Assembly (NCBI GenBank): GCA_045837725.1
Contig: JBEWZL010000151.1
Location: 1 to 64,000 of the forward strand
Length of the DNA: 64,000 nucleotides
Origin: Vermamoeba vermiformis
Taxonomy: Eukaryota
Reading direction: 5' to 3'
Shown here: positions 50,631 through 62,900 of the stretch, piece after piece
Layout of the letters: each line of letters starts with the position of its first letter
Position numbering within the stretch: position 1 is the stretch's first letter
Position numbers and translations under genes: made by a program
Notes under the pieces: model-generated
Told to the model about the DNA's origin: nothing
Databases searched by the model: none
The model's input: the letters and a program-made list of their open reading frames with translations, nothing else

Positions 50631-52748
50631 TTAATATCCACCGTCTTCTTCGGCAATGTAGCGGTTAAAATATTTGACGTAGTTTTTGTACTTATCAAAA
50701 CTCGTTCCAAACAGTCCGACCAAGTTATTTACACTATAATACGACAATCGTTAATATATATAACAAAAAACTAGTGTTTAAGAAAATAATAATCTCGTGT
50801 AACGGCAGATCCGATCCGTTACAAAAAAAAATTGGTGGAATACTTCTTAGTATTTAAATATACTTACTATTGGTGGCTCTCAGCATATACATGATGTCCT
50901 CCAGGAAATTCGACGTAATCAGCGCCACCTTTCAGCTGTTTAGCGACGTCATACCCGCTCTTCTTATTCATCCAAGTGTCCTCGCCGTAAATAAACAAAG
51001 TTTTGATTCTTTCGCTTAAATTAGGAAGGTCTTGTATGAGTGGCTTTTTAGCCCAAGCTACGGAAATAAACAGCATTAATTAAATGTACGGACTTTCCTC
51101 GATCCAACCAAAAAGAAATTTAAATTGACTTCATCAAATAATAATAGCATAAAGCTATTATATAAATATGCAAGTATATGTATCGAAGAATGTATTTAAG
51201 CATACCTGACAAAGGAATCGAACAAGCAACAAAAGCTGCTTCACCGCTCGGATGTTGAGCGAGACAATGATAAACGTAACTGTTGAACGCGATTATTAGT
51301 ATTTATCGTATATATTGATCATATTTAATGCACTAAACGTACTTAGTAACGCTATCATCGTCGTAGATGTGTCTGAACTTGGCGACAAGATCCGGTCTGA
51401 ATTTTGAAACAAGTCCAGGGCCTAATATAAAGTACTTAGTATCATTACTATTACTGCCATAAAGCTAAATATGATATATTTTATTCATAAAGTATTTTAA
51501 TCTCGTGTACTCGAGCTATTGCTAATCAGAATTGTAATTGTTTTTTGTATCTTAGCAATTTAATTGTACACTTGTCTAAAGCTATTATTAATATATATAT
51601 ATGCAGTACTTACCATAAGGACCAGCTAATCTAACTAATTCTACTGGATTCTTGGAGATGGATCCAACAAGACCACGAATAACACGCCATCTCAAGTTTG
51701 GTTTTTGCGTTTCGTCTTCTTTAGGCTTTTCAGGGACTAAAATAAGTCGTTAATATTAATTCGTATAATTTTAAAGCTACTAACCTCCCCATGGATCGCA
51801 CAGGATCAATTTTTCAACTTTTTCTGGATTTTTCAATGCGTAGTGAGCAGCAATATAAGCACCAAATGAATGGCCTATATGTGTTATATAAATGTTAGAA
51901 TAATTCTTGAAATGAATAAATCAAGATGACATACCGAATAAATTGAATTTTTCTAATTGTTCTTTCTCGGCCCAACTGTGGATCGAGTCAACAAAGTATT
52001 TTTGTCCTTCTTCAGGTGTCTTGCCTATAATACATCATTAATATTATTTTAATTAGGTTCCAGTCATCTGTACTTCGCAGATGCAGTCGATCGGAAGATT
52101 TTCAGAATTCTCCGATAGCAAACGGTTGGCTTACCTTTGAATGGAACACGGCTGCTACGTCCAAATCCAAGCAAATCTATCGCATAGACAGTATAGTACT
52201 TCGATAGCTCGTCGAGATTGCTTTGGGAAAGTCGCGTGAGCATCACATCCGTTTTTGAAATTCAAATAAATTACTTACCATGACCATAATCCTATGCCAG
52301 AACTAAAGCCGTGAACGAGTACTATTAAATTATGTTAATAAAATTGTTTCGAGCAGATTTTATTTGAAAATTACCAATTGGCGGGCCGGATCCCAAAATA
52401 ACTGTATTAATAAATATGTCGTTGCCTTTAGCATCCTGGCCAATATTAACCATGCGTTGCTGATACGGAGTTTTAACGCCTGAATTTTTAAAATTAATAC
52501 AAAGCCAGATTTCGTCGTGTAAAGTTGTTACCTTTCAACATCCGAGCTTCAGCTGCCGCTAAAGTATCTACACTGCTAGGAATCCATTTTAATGATGGGA
52601 TTTTTAATTTATCCCACCAACTCAACTGCTTTTTCTCGACGATGACGTCGCCAGTTGGTGCATCGAAGACTTTTTCTTCAATAGTCGAATTGTCCAATCG
52701 CGTAAATGCGACTCTATTATCTTTGTTTACTTCGTTGTTCTTCTCCAT
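50631..52748 (-). CDS. Alpha/beta hydrolase, ABHD4/5-ICT1-like
   Basis: [52 protein letters not shown]. Confidence 0.9.
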
Positions 52749-53234
52749 TCTGCGTTGCTTAAAAATGCTTTGTTTTGTCGCAACAGTTTTTGTCAGCACA
52801 GATTTGACCAGCGGCGAACTGAATAATTTCGAGAACGTGCGTAATGAAGCCAGTGTGATCGTGTCAAATGAAACTATTGCGTGGTACTCTTTGCGACATC
52901 GCTATTTGAATGCTGACGTAATTAATTGTTTCGCAGTTTTTTACGGCGCACGGAAAAACGGACATCCTAGAAAACTCGCCGTTATTCCGAAATTGAAATA
53001 TCAGAGCCATGAATTCACCAAATAAAAAGATAGTACGTGATCATGTTATCAAAAATCTAATTGCTCGCTCCGAAAAGATCCCTAAGATCTTCCGAAATTC
53101 AGATCTTCATAACTTCTCGGCTCTACTAGCGCAATATTTATATATACCAATACTCCTTCGTTAAAATTAATAAATACTATAAACCTATGCTACTGGATTG
53201 AAAGAAAATTCATTTTTATCAATTTTTGTTTTGA

Positions 53235-55584
53235 CTACTTGCGCAGTTGTCGTTTTTGATACAAATAAAAGTTAGCACCTAACACTAGCACCGACAGCAC
53301 TATAAGACCTTGTGTCCAGTATATTACTGACGCAGGTGTCTTGTAATACGAGCCAATAATGTCTAGGCAGTGGTTGGGCAATGCTGCTGTGAGCTGTTCT
53401 GTCTCGATCGGTGCCTCGACTATTCGGAATGTGAAGGGGCCTGCAAAGGCTATTGTTAATATAAGGTCTCGGGTACTATCATTAAATAGTAACAACTAAG
53501 CACTAAACATTTGCTGTACTGCAAAAAAATCGTGCCAAAGTACCAGATCGGATCGTTACAAAAAAGAGATTGCAATACAAGTGCTGCATATATAATAATG
53601 CTTGATGCGTGTAACATAATATATGACTTACCGTCCAAAATGATATCTCTATCGTGCTTCCAGCTGAACAAACAGGCGGATGTGTTTGAATGGAACGGAT
53701 TCAGCTCGACAATCAACACTGCAATTAAACAGCAATTAGATAATTAAATATAATATAAAGCACTAATGAACGTGTATTAAGGCACAATATTGCTAGAATA
53801 AGCAATTGAAATGTAATTTTTTCGTTTCTTTTAAAAATGTTGGATGTGGCACGTACCTTTATCATCGACAATAGCCAAATCGAGCACATAAGACTGCAAC
53901 TTGATCTTGTCCTTGATCTTATCAAACAGCGCTAATATCTCGTGCTGGACCGTGTCTTTCTTCGGGGCCAATTTTCTAAAGTAAAGTCCGCTCTCGTACT
54001 GCGACAACGCTGTAATTTTTCCTTTGCTGACGAACGCGCGAAATTCCATCGAAATATCAACTGGCACGAATTTTCGAACGACCAATTTGGACTTGAAGAA
54101 ATCGGGGTACTCTATGTCGGTGATCAGATCTTCGCGGATGCGATAACTTTTCACGAGCAACTCTACGGCCTCTTTGCCCGATGTAACCTATTCATTATAT
54201 ACATTAGTACTCTAAACATTATATGCTTATTCGATCATTAAGAAGAATTAATCTAAGGAGGATCCGGATCGACAATAAAATTTTTAGCTAGAGCCTTAAA
54301 TTAAATCAACTTGAACATAGTACTAATAACATATCCACTATATAACAATAATATACTACTAGTATTAATGCTTAGCACTTACTCTCATCGACTCGTTCAA
54401 AGCAGCTACCCACGCAATGGCTTGTCTGTTCGTGTCTTGCGAGTCAATGTGATGCAACTTGCGCTTAAATAACGCTCTAATATATAAATAGGATCGTTAA
54501 TATAAGTAATAATTATATCTTTAGAAGTCTTAAACTACGGCTTTAATTTTGTCGGATGCATCCGCTGAAATATTTATCCGGATAATAACCTTGATAAAAT
54601 AAGTGGTATATATAGTGAGTACGTACTTGGTCTTTTCGTTCTCTTTATCAGCTGCAACGTCTTTGGGACTGCGGTGACTCAATTTGATAAAGGCTCCGGA
54701 TGCACCGTACTTCTTGATAGCAACGTCTAATCGCCACTCAATATCCTATTGAATATTATTAGTTATATGACCATAGGATTGAATATAAAGCACTCAATTA
54801 ACGAAAGGCATGATGAGTTTCGCAGATCTGTTATTAAAATCTGCGTGCTTACAACGCGAGCTTTCATAGGCATGTTATGAATATAAATGTATATTATTAC
54901 TCATATATTAACAGGTTTTATAATTAATTTCAATACTGTATTTAAAGATTCGTTGTGTAACGGATCAAAATCATGAAAATCAGATCTTGCTCGAAAATTT
55001 TTGTTTAGCATTACTTATGGCTAAAATATTAATACTATACTAATTTATCTCGTGCACATGGTCTAAAATTCAAAATTACCTTCAGCAGATCGACTTCCTT
55101 TTGCGTCAGTTCATTTATGCGTGATCTTCGTGACGTGTAATAACTATTGGCCTTTAAAATAGCCTCTCCTTCCCTGTATTACAAATATTAATGTCAAGTT
55201 AGAAACCACGTCATAAAGGCTCGTAGAAAAAATTTTCATGAAGGATTGAGACTCAATATTTGAAAATGACTTCTAAAATTAAGAATAATTCGCGCATAGC
55301 TGTAAATAAGATACAATCTTCTTATTAAACGAATTCTTTTTATCCTTGGGCCCGGTAAAATTACAAAATTTTTGGTGAATTAATTTTTAAATTGAAACTC
55401 GGTTCAATAAGACTTACTTTGGTGATAACGGCAGTACTTGCGTATCAAATGTATATTCTTGCAATTGGTCGATCCAAGTATCAATAGAGAACTTGTACAA
55501 GAACTCTTTCTTTTTGAATCCGTCAATGTTGTCTTCCAAAATGTTAGGAGGCAGTTCAATCGAGTCCCAAAGTTCCCAATCCAT
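53235..55584 (-). CDS. Cdc123/D123-like ATP-grasp protein with a C-terminal transmembrane segment
   Basis: AFIKLSHRSPKD, KSYRIREDL, MEFRAFV..ITALSQY, SYVLDL, IVELNPF..TSACLFSW; hydrophobic GLIVLSVLVLGANFYLY followed by KRQLRK. Confidence 0.85.
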
Positions 55585-56156
55585 ATTTAAATATCAATAT
55601 ATAATATGTACAAATTGTGTTGCTTATTGCAGGAGTGAATTCGAATTAATTTAATTTTCCGTTTTTCAGTTAGGAAGACTACCGAACTGAATCCGGCATC
55701 TCTTACAGGAATAATATCATTTGCACGTGTATTTTATCGTTACTCAACAATTTTCAAGTAATAAGAGCTCAATTGAATTGGTTTTGGGAAATGTTTTTAA
55801 AATAGTGGATGTGGTTACGATTCTTTTAACCTTAAATTAATATAAAATATGGATATCAAACAATTTGTAGTGATAATTTCAGAAAATACTAACATAACGC
55901 GCATGCTCATCTGCCAATCTGTGATCTCGAATAAGGTTCAATTCCTTTGCGGAATGATGTCTAATTTTAACTAGTTTCAATATTATTAATGGCCTTATAT
56001 TATTTAAGCAAAGATAGGGCTGTGGTATTGTTAACAGGAATGAGCGAATTAAAAGTAACGGTAACTTTCAAATTTTGTTTTCGCTCGCTAATTAAATGCT
56101 CACGACAACTGTGACTTGTACATATTTATAATTATATATAGTGGGCGATATATCAC

Positions 56157-59100
56157 ATGGCAGAACCGCGAATAACTATTGTTGAAGACGACAGGCCCTC
56201 ATCTGTCGTTATCAAAAAGAAACGATTGGAAGATTTTGATTTAGGCGAAGTTATTGGCGACGGTGCTTTTGGTGCAGTAAGTAGTGATTATATTTGCAGT
56301 AATTAGTGCGATTATAACCGATAGAATTTAAATTAATTTTTTTATTAAATTTACAATTTATCGATTCTGCGGTATTACCACCGTAAAATAGAAATCATCG
56401 TGCATTATGCGTGTTATTAAATTTATCAGTTAATTTAATGAGTATTTTCGGCATAATTATTCAATTTGTTCATGAAGCGCCATTTGATCGCATCTAAATT
56501 CTCATTTCACCGATTTAATAAGAAAAGCTTCGTGCAATTATTTAATAACGATTTATTATCCTATTTTTCGCCATTTACGCGACCTGACTACTTTTCAACG
56601 CGGATTTCCCTCCGCACTGATCAAGCGCTCATTTTAATTATTAAAATTTGAATTAAATCGCTCGATTTGACTTTATGATATTTACTCTACATTAATATAG
56701 TTTATCCAACGCCAAAACTTTTTAAAGTTTAAAAAACGGTTCGATCGACTAACTTTAATTCTTGAATCAAAAATATACGATCCAGCTATCAATATCAAGC
56801 TCAATATATATACTTGCATATTTAGTAACAATTTTCTGAAAATTTACTCGCGATATTGATCGAATGGCGCGTTCGAATACTTTTGTCCAAATTAGTAAAG
56901 TGCAGTGTATCTCGTGGCAAGATCTTAACCTTACCGCCAATACCAATATATTTGTTATATATAGCTATATATAGGTTCATATGATCCTGTATGCTATTCG
57001 CCGTAAAAAACGAGATCGCGCGCACAGGCGATCTGAAACCATTTTGAATCAGCTTATTATAAGCATCAATACATATTTGATATATTATTATAGTAATGAA
57101 GATGTACCTTATTATATATTATTAACTCCCTTCTTAACAATCGCTACGCTTAGATCCTACATCCGGATTCAAATTTTCATTTTATTTAGAACGAAATGTG
57201 ATGTTATTGCTATAGTATATTAACCTTGTTTTTATATAGGTCTTCGAAGCTACAGACAAAGAAACAAATGAAAAATACGCGATCAAACAGCTGAACAAAA
57301 GCCACATCCAAAAAACAGGCAAGAGCAAGTACGTGCTCTCAGAACGTGATCTCATGTCGCGCTGTCAACACGCTAACATCGTGCAGCTGTTTTATACTTT
57401 TCAGGACAAAGAGCACTTGTGTATCCTTTAGTCAATCGACCTACATCCAGTTTTTTTTTGAAATTTTTCTTTTATCGCAGTATAGACTATATTATATATT
57501 ATAACCCTAATATTTGTTATATATTTTGTTATCCTTAATTCTATATTTAGATTACGTACTAGAATTCGCAGCCCACGGAGAACTTTTGACCCACATTAGA
57601 AAAGTAAGTTCGGATCTACTAATAATGTTTGAATTACGAACCAACATATATGCCCTAATATTATATTATAGTTATATATTTAACTAACCTATTTTATTTT
57701 AGCACGGTACACTCGCGTTGCCAGTTACAGCCTTTTACGCCGCAGAAATTATTTGTGCCTTAGAGTACTTGCATTCGAATGGCATTGTGCATCGTGACTT
57801 GAAGGTAAGTACTATAGTATATACATACACTGTAGTTCTTGCAATTGTTTCCATTAAGACCAGATCCGCATCTGGTACAAAAAATTGTTAAATAATTATT
57901 TTTTTTAATTATTATAATGAGTCGTAGCAGATACCCAAAATAGCATATATGCCTATATTATACTAATACGCGTATTATTATAGCCCGAAAATATTTTGTT
58001 GAACAACGAATGGCACGTAAAGCTAACGGACTTTGGCGAAGCGAAGATAATTGGTACTGAGCCTGGTGCTCGTTCAGGATCATTCGTAGGCACAGCTGAA
58101 TATATGAGTCCTGAACTCGTGAACGATAGATCGTCTTATTTGGCCTCGGATCTTTGGGCTTTAGGTACGCATCCGCCGTTACACGGGCTTACTCAACAAC
58201 TTACACTCATATTTAATATAAAATAATAATACATATGATATATATGATATATATAGAGTATAATCACTATAGAAAATAGCATACGTTCTGAGTTTTCAAA
58301 ATTTCGAATGCAGATCTGGCTTACTTTTACTTCAATTAATTTAAAAATACGTCGAGTATTGATTATTTAATATATATAGGTTGTATTATATATCAGATGA
58401 TCTCTGGTCGACCGCCGTTCAGAGGAGTAACTCCGTACATGACGCTCGAGAAGATCAAGAAAGCAAAAGAAAGTTTAGTCTTTCCTCAAGGATTTCCGAC
58501 AGTAGCGCAAGATTTAATATCGAGACTACTAGTTATAGATCCTATGGAGAGATTGGGCGCTAAGAATTATGCTGATCTGAAAGCACATCCGTTCTTTTAT
58601 AATACAAAATTTGATAGTTTATCGAAGATGACTCCTCCTGTTATGGCACCTCTTAATCATCAATTAATATGGACTGAAGGTACGTTATAAGCTCTTTTCA
58701 TAACCATTTTTCGGATGCGATCCGAATTTTTAAATTTAAATTTCTTAGTAATAAATAAATTATTTAATTATTCGTATAGACGTGCTAAAAGAAGAAGAAG
58801 AAAGAAAACAAAGGCTACGAGAAGAAGAAAAGAAACGATGGGAAAAGTTTTTATTCGGCGATGAGAATATTTTGGCCTCAGGCTTAGTCTACAAACGAAG
58901 AAAATTGAGCATTAAATTGCGTCAATTAATTTTAACCGATGGACCGCGATTATTCTACTTGGATCCGAAGAAAATGGAGTTCAAGGGCGAAATTCCTTGG
59001 TCGCTCATTCAAAAAGTCGAGATCCGAACTGATATTATGTGGAAGGTCCATACGGTACGTATTAGTATTATACATTTATAATATCAAGCCATATTATTAT

Positions 59101-59326
59101 TTTTTAACTGCGATCCGAATCAACAAAAAAAAAATTTCTATGGATCGGATCCGTTTTGATTATCACGACGATTTTTCGCTTCAAATCGATAGTAATGTTA
59201 TTTTATACTTAGCCCAAGCGAATTTATCACTTGGAAGATGTACAAAAGAATTCTCAGCGATGGGAAGAAGAAATCAACAAATTGAAAGAAAAAAGCCGTC
59301 AAAAGCTTGCGAGCAAAGAAAAATAA
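56157..59326 (+). CDS. PDK1: 3-phosphoinositide-dependent protein kinase 1 (kinase + PH domain)
   Basis: [35 protein letters not shown], and a C-terminal PH domain ([23 protein letters not shown]). Confidence 0.93.
57421..57550 (+). other. U12-type (minor spliceosome) GT-AG intron
   Basis: Donor GTATCCTTT; branch site TCCTTAAT at 57532-57539, about 10 nt before the AG; removal restores HLY|YVLEFA. Confidence 0.88.
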
Positions 59327-59695
59327 GCCTAAAAAGGCTAATTAAATACAGAAAAAGAATAAGGACGAAGGTAACATTAGTACATTATGAAACGTAGTCG
59401 TAATTCTATTCGAGTGAGAGTTAGACTAGGAAATAAATCGTGTATTTTTGAAGATTATTGTTATTTTTTTTTAATCAAAATTGGTCCACTTCATTAGGCT
59501 AAATATAAGCCAGCTTTATTTGAAAACAGATGGCCGCACAGTTATTCAAAAAACTAATTCATTCCAGAAGTCCCGATCTAAATCTATTGAACTAGACCTT
59601 CCTTAAAATCGTCACTAAAAGTTGCGAATATTACGGGATCGATAGAAGTACGGATGGCACCAGCGTCGCTACGATAGTTTGCTCATTCTTTGGGT

Positions 59696-59767
59696 ACCAA
59701 CGTAGCTCAGTTGGGAGAGCGCAATACTGAAAGAGTGAGGTCGCGGATTCGATCTCCGCCGTAGGTA
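59696..59767 (+). tRNA. tRNA-Phe(GAA)-like gene with an aberrant anticodon arm (pseudo-tRNA or tRNA-derived RNA)
   Basis: D arm TAGCTCAGTTGGGAGAGCG, CTGAA loop, T arm GCGGA-TTCGATC-TCCGC, acceptor ACCAACG/CGTAGGT, T-run terminator near 59785. Confidence 0.65.
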
Positions 59768-59987
59768 CTCCATCCCCACATATATTTTTTTTGGCAGATT
59801 AGGTGGAATACTAGTGCGATAAGATTTTAACGCTGCAGAAAATAAAATAGCCTGTTCATTAGCAATTAGAACTAGGTTTTGTTAAATTTTCGGGTTTTTT
59901 ATTTTGACAAGAGAAATTTAACGAGCTAAACTAGTGCTGGTTGGTCCAATATTGCAATATTATGACGAGATCCAGCTACATGTTCGA

Positions 59988-62900
59988 TTAATCACTTAAA
60001 ATATTCTTTTACAGCGTCACTCGGATTTGCTGCAAACAATCGTCGTGCAATGAAGTCGATGCGCGATAGCAACTTGCGAGCATCCAGAGCAAGTACTTGT
60101 CTGTTCGCTTGAGTATCTGTAATTAAATAATAACGTCAGAAATCTTTGCATGTCAAATTGCCATTAGTTGTAAATTTCCAGGTGAGATTCAATGAAACAA
60201 CATTTCACTGAAAAGTTGAAGCGAAGTGTTCCGCATTAATATTAGCAATGATTTTAAATTTGCGGTCAGAATCTTAATATTTTGATCGTAATTTAATTTT
60301 TTGCGAGGGTTAGGGTTTGATTTTTAAGCGGCCCAAATAATGAATATTTTACCTTTGTCAATCTTCTCGGCAGTCTCAGGCGCTTCCAATCCGTTAACAG
60401 TATTCTCCACTATTTGTCTAAATCGAGGTAAAATAGCGGAAAATCCAGCTAAATTAGGCGCGAATTGTACGTGCAAGCAAGTCATGATCAGTTCTTGCAC
60501 CAAATGATCCACTTGCAAATGCAAAATTGCTTCGTAACAACTGCCTGCCATATCAGGATCGGTCTCAAATATTTCCATCAACAAATCAAACTCTTCTTTG
60601 CCTCCTTGAACCATCGCCATATTCATCGCTACTTGCAGCAGATCCATCGAATGAAATTTCATGTATTTGTCGTTCTTTTCAGGCAAACCTTCGTCTTCCG
60701 ATTGTACGGGGGTGCTATTTTTAGGTAACACGAAGTTTTCAGTGAAAATTAACTTTGAGACTTGAATCAATTCTTCGTCGTGAGTCCAGCTTAACATTTG
60801 CAAAGATTTCAAGCGCAGATCCGGATAAACCGAATCCTTTTCGAACCAACCCAAGTGCTTGGCCCAAGGCTTAATAACTCTGTTCATATACTTCTTGAAT
60901 GAGTCGATCAGATCCGTCGTCAACAACGAGAAATAAAGTTCTGAGAGCTTCTTCAGGATCAATTCCCAGCAGTAATAGCTCTAAAAATAATATTTAATGT
61001 CGTTAATGACACGATTTATGGCATAAATGTGATAAATATCTGTAAAAAAGGTGCCGGTGAAAAAAATAGATTTGACACGTGTCATTTAGAGCTCCGTAAT
61101 GTAAGTCAGCTAATAATTTCATGAACAAATAGCGCCAATAAATAACAGATCAACGGAGGATATAAAAAAATGACACGTTGAGCCAAATTAACGTTTAAAC
61201 AAAATAATTCAAAAATATATCGCTAAAGTGTCAAAACGTCAAAGTGATTATCCTTTTATGGAAGTTGATCGATCAATCAATTTTAAAAAAGGTGATAAGA
61301 ATAGGTCACTTACCTTCGAGTGCGAGTACGAGGCATAAAGGTCCAACAACAATTTGGTTGAAAGTAAGTTTTGCGAATTGAATTCTATCGCGTCCAATAA
61401 CAAGCCCAAACCGTCCATTTCTGGAATTTCACCGCGAGCATTAGCTTCGATCAGATCTTGCCACATCTCTTCGGAATACAGCACTCTATAAATATATAAC
61501 ATTAACAATCATAAGATATCTTCATAGATTATTAGAATGTAATTAATTATAACGGTCGCAGAGAATAAAAATAAATTAATTTTTGTACGGATCTGAAAAT
61601 ATTTTGAAGCTAAAAATACTTGGATCCGCTTGTTAAATTCAATATTAAGCAATTGCGTATTAAATTCTAGGAAAATATTCGCATATTTCTAAAGTTTTTT
61701 GCTGGGAGGATTTTACCTGTAGACGCCAGTATGACCCCAATTCACTTTTATCCAATCGCGCGGAGATTTCGCGTCAAATGTCAATTCAAACTGGTGCTGA
61801 TTGATGACTTCAGTACGTGCTTCGCTGTGTTGAGATTTGACGGGCAAAATCAAATTGTAACTGACATTGCCGTTAGAGTCCAGCGGAACATCTCGGATAT
61901 GGATTGTAGGGTTTTTCCGCATGACATCTTGTGACACTTCAAGTGTCATTTTGTAGCTGTTTTCGTCGAATTTTGTGTTGACTTTTAAAACTGGGTGACC
62001 TCCGTTCTTGATCCAACAATTCATCATTTCAGCGATATTTTTTCCCGAAATTTCGCTTAAGACTTGCCAGAGGTCCTCAGTGGTCACGTGCCCGAACTTG
62101 TGTTTGTTCATGAACCGTTGAAGAGCCAAAAATAATTTGTCCTCACCGATGTAACTTGCTAACATTCTGATGCACGACGCTGCCTTTCCGTAGCTAATAA
62201 TAGAACAGTATTAATATAAGACCCATATCTATGTCATATAATATCACTATCGCTTAAAAAAATTGCAAATAAATTAATTTTTTGGATCTGTTTTTTCGGA
62301 TCGGATCTGGATCTTACCTAATCGAGTCAAAAATGTCATGAATGTCACGTGATCTCGGCACAAACATTTGAATAGGATGACTTTGCTGTCCTTCGTCCAA
62401 TTTGAGTGCCATGGAATAAATCTCCGTCAAAAAGTGTTGGTCGTAGTGCCACTCGGGGAAGAAATTGCGCACCAAATAGTACTCCTATAATAAGAATAAT
62501 ATTAACATCTTTTCTAACTAATGCACATCATAATATATTATTACAATTGACAAATTAATTGTTGATCATTAGCAGACTGTTTTAAGAAAAAATTTTAATT
62601 CAGTCTTCCAGATCTAGTAATTGCGAAAAATAATTTGCATTAAATAAAACTAAGATGACATGGATATTGAGTATATTATAAGTCTAGTACTTACGATCCA
62701 ACGAGCAAATCCCTCTTTGAGATACAAGTACTGCCATTCACTAATCGCCACTAAATTTCCGAACCATTGATGACCGACTTCGTGGAACACCAATCTTAAA
62801 TAGTAATATATTAATAAGGAAACTTATAATGAAATATAACCATAATTATATAATAGAATTCGTGGCTGAACGAGATCCAGATCTGGATCCGATTGCGGAT

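Noticed and set aside
60306-60317. AGGGTTAGGGTT telomere-like sequence
   Set aside because: Only two units inside an intron; likely chance.
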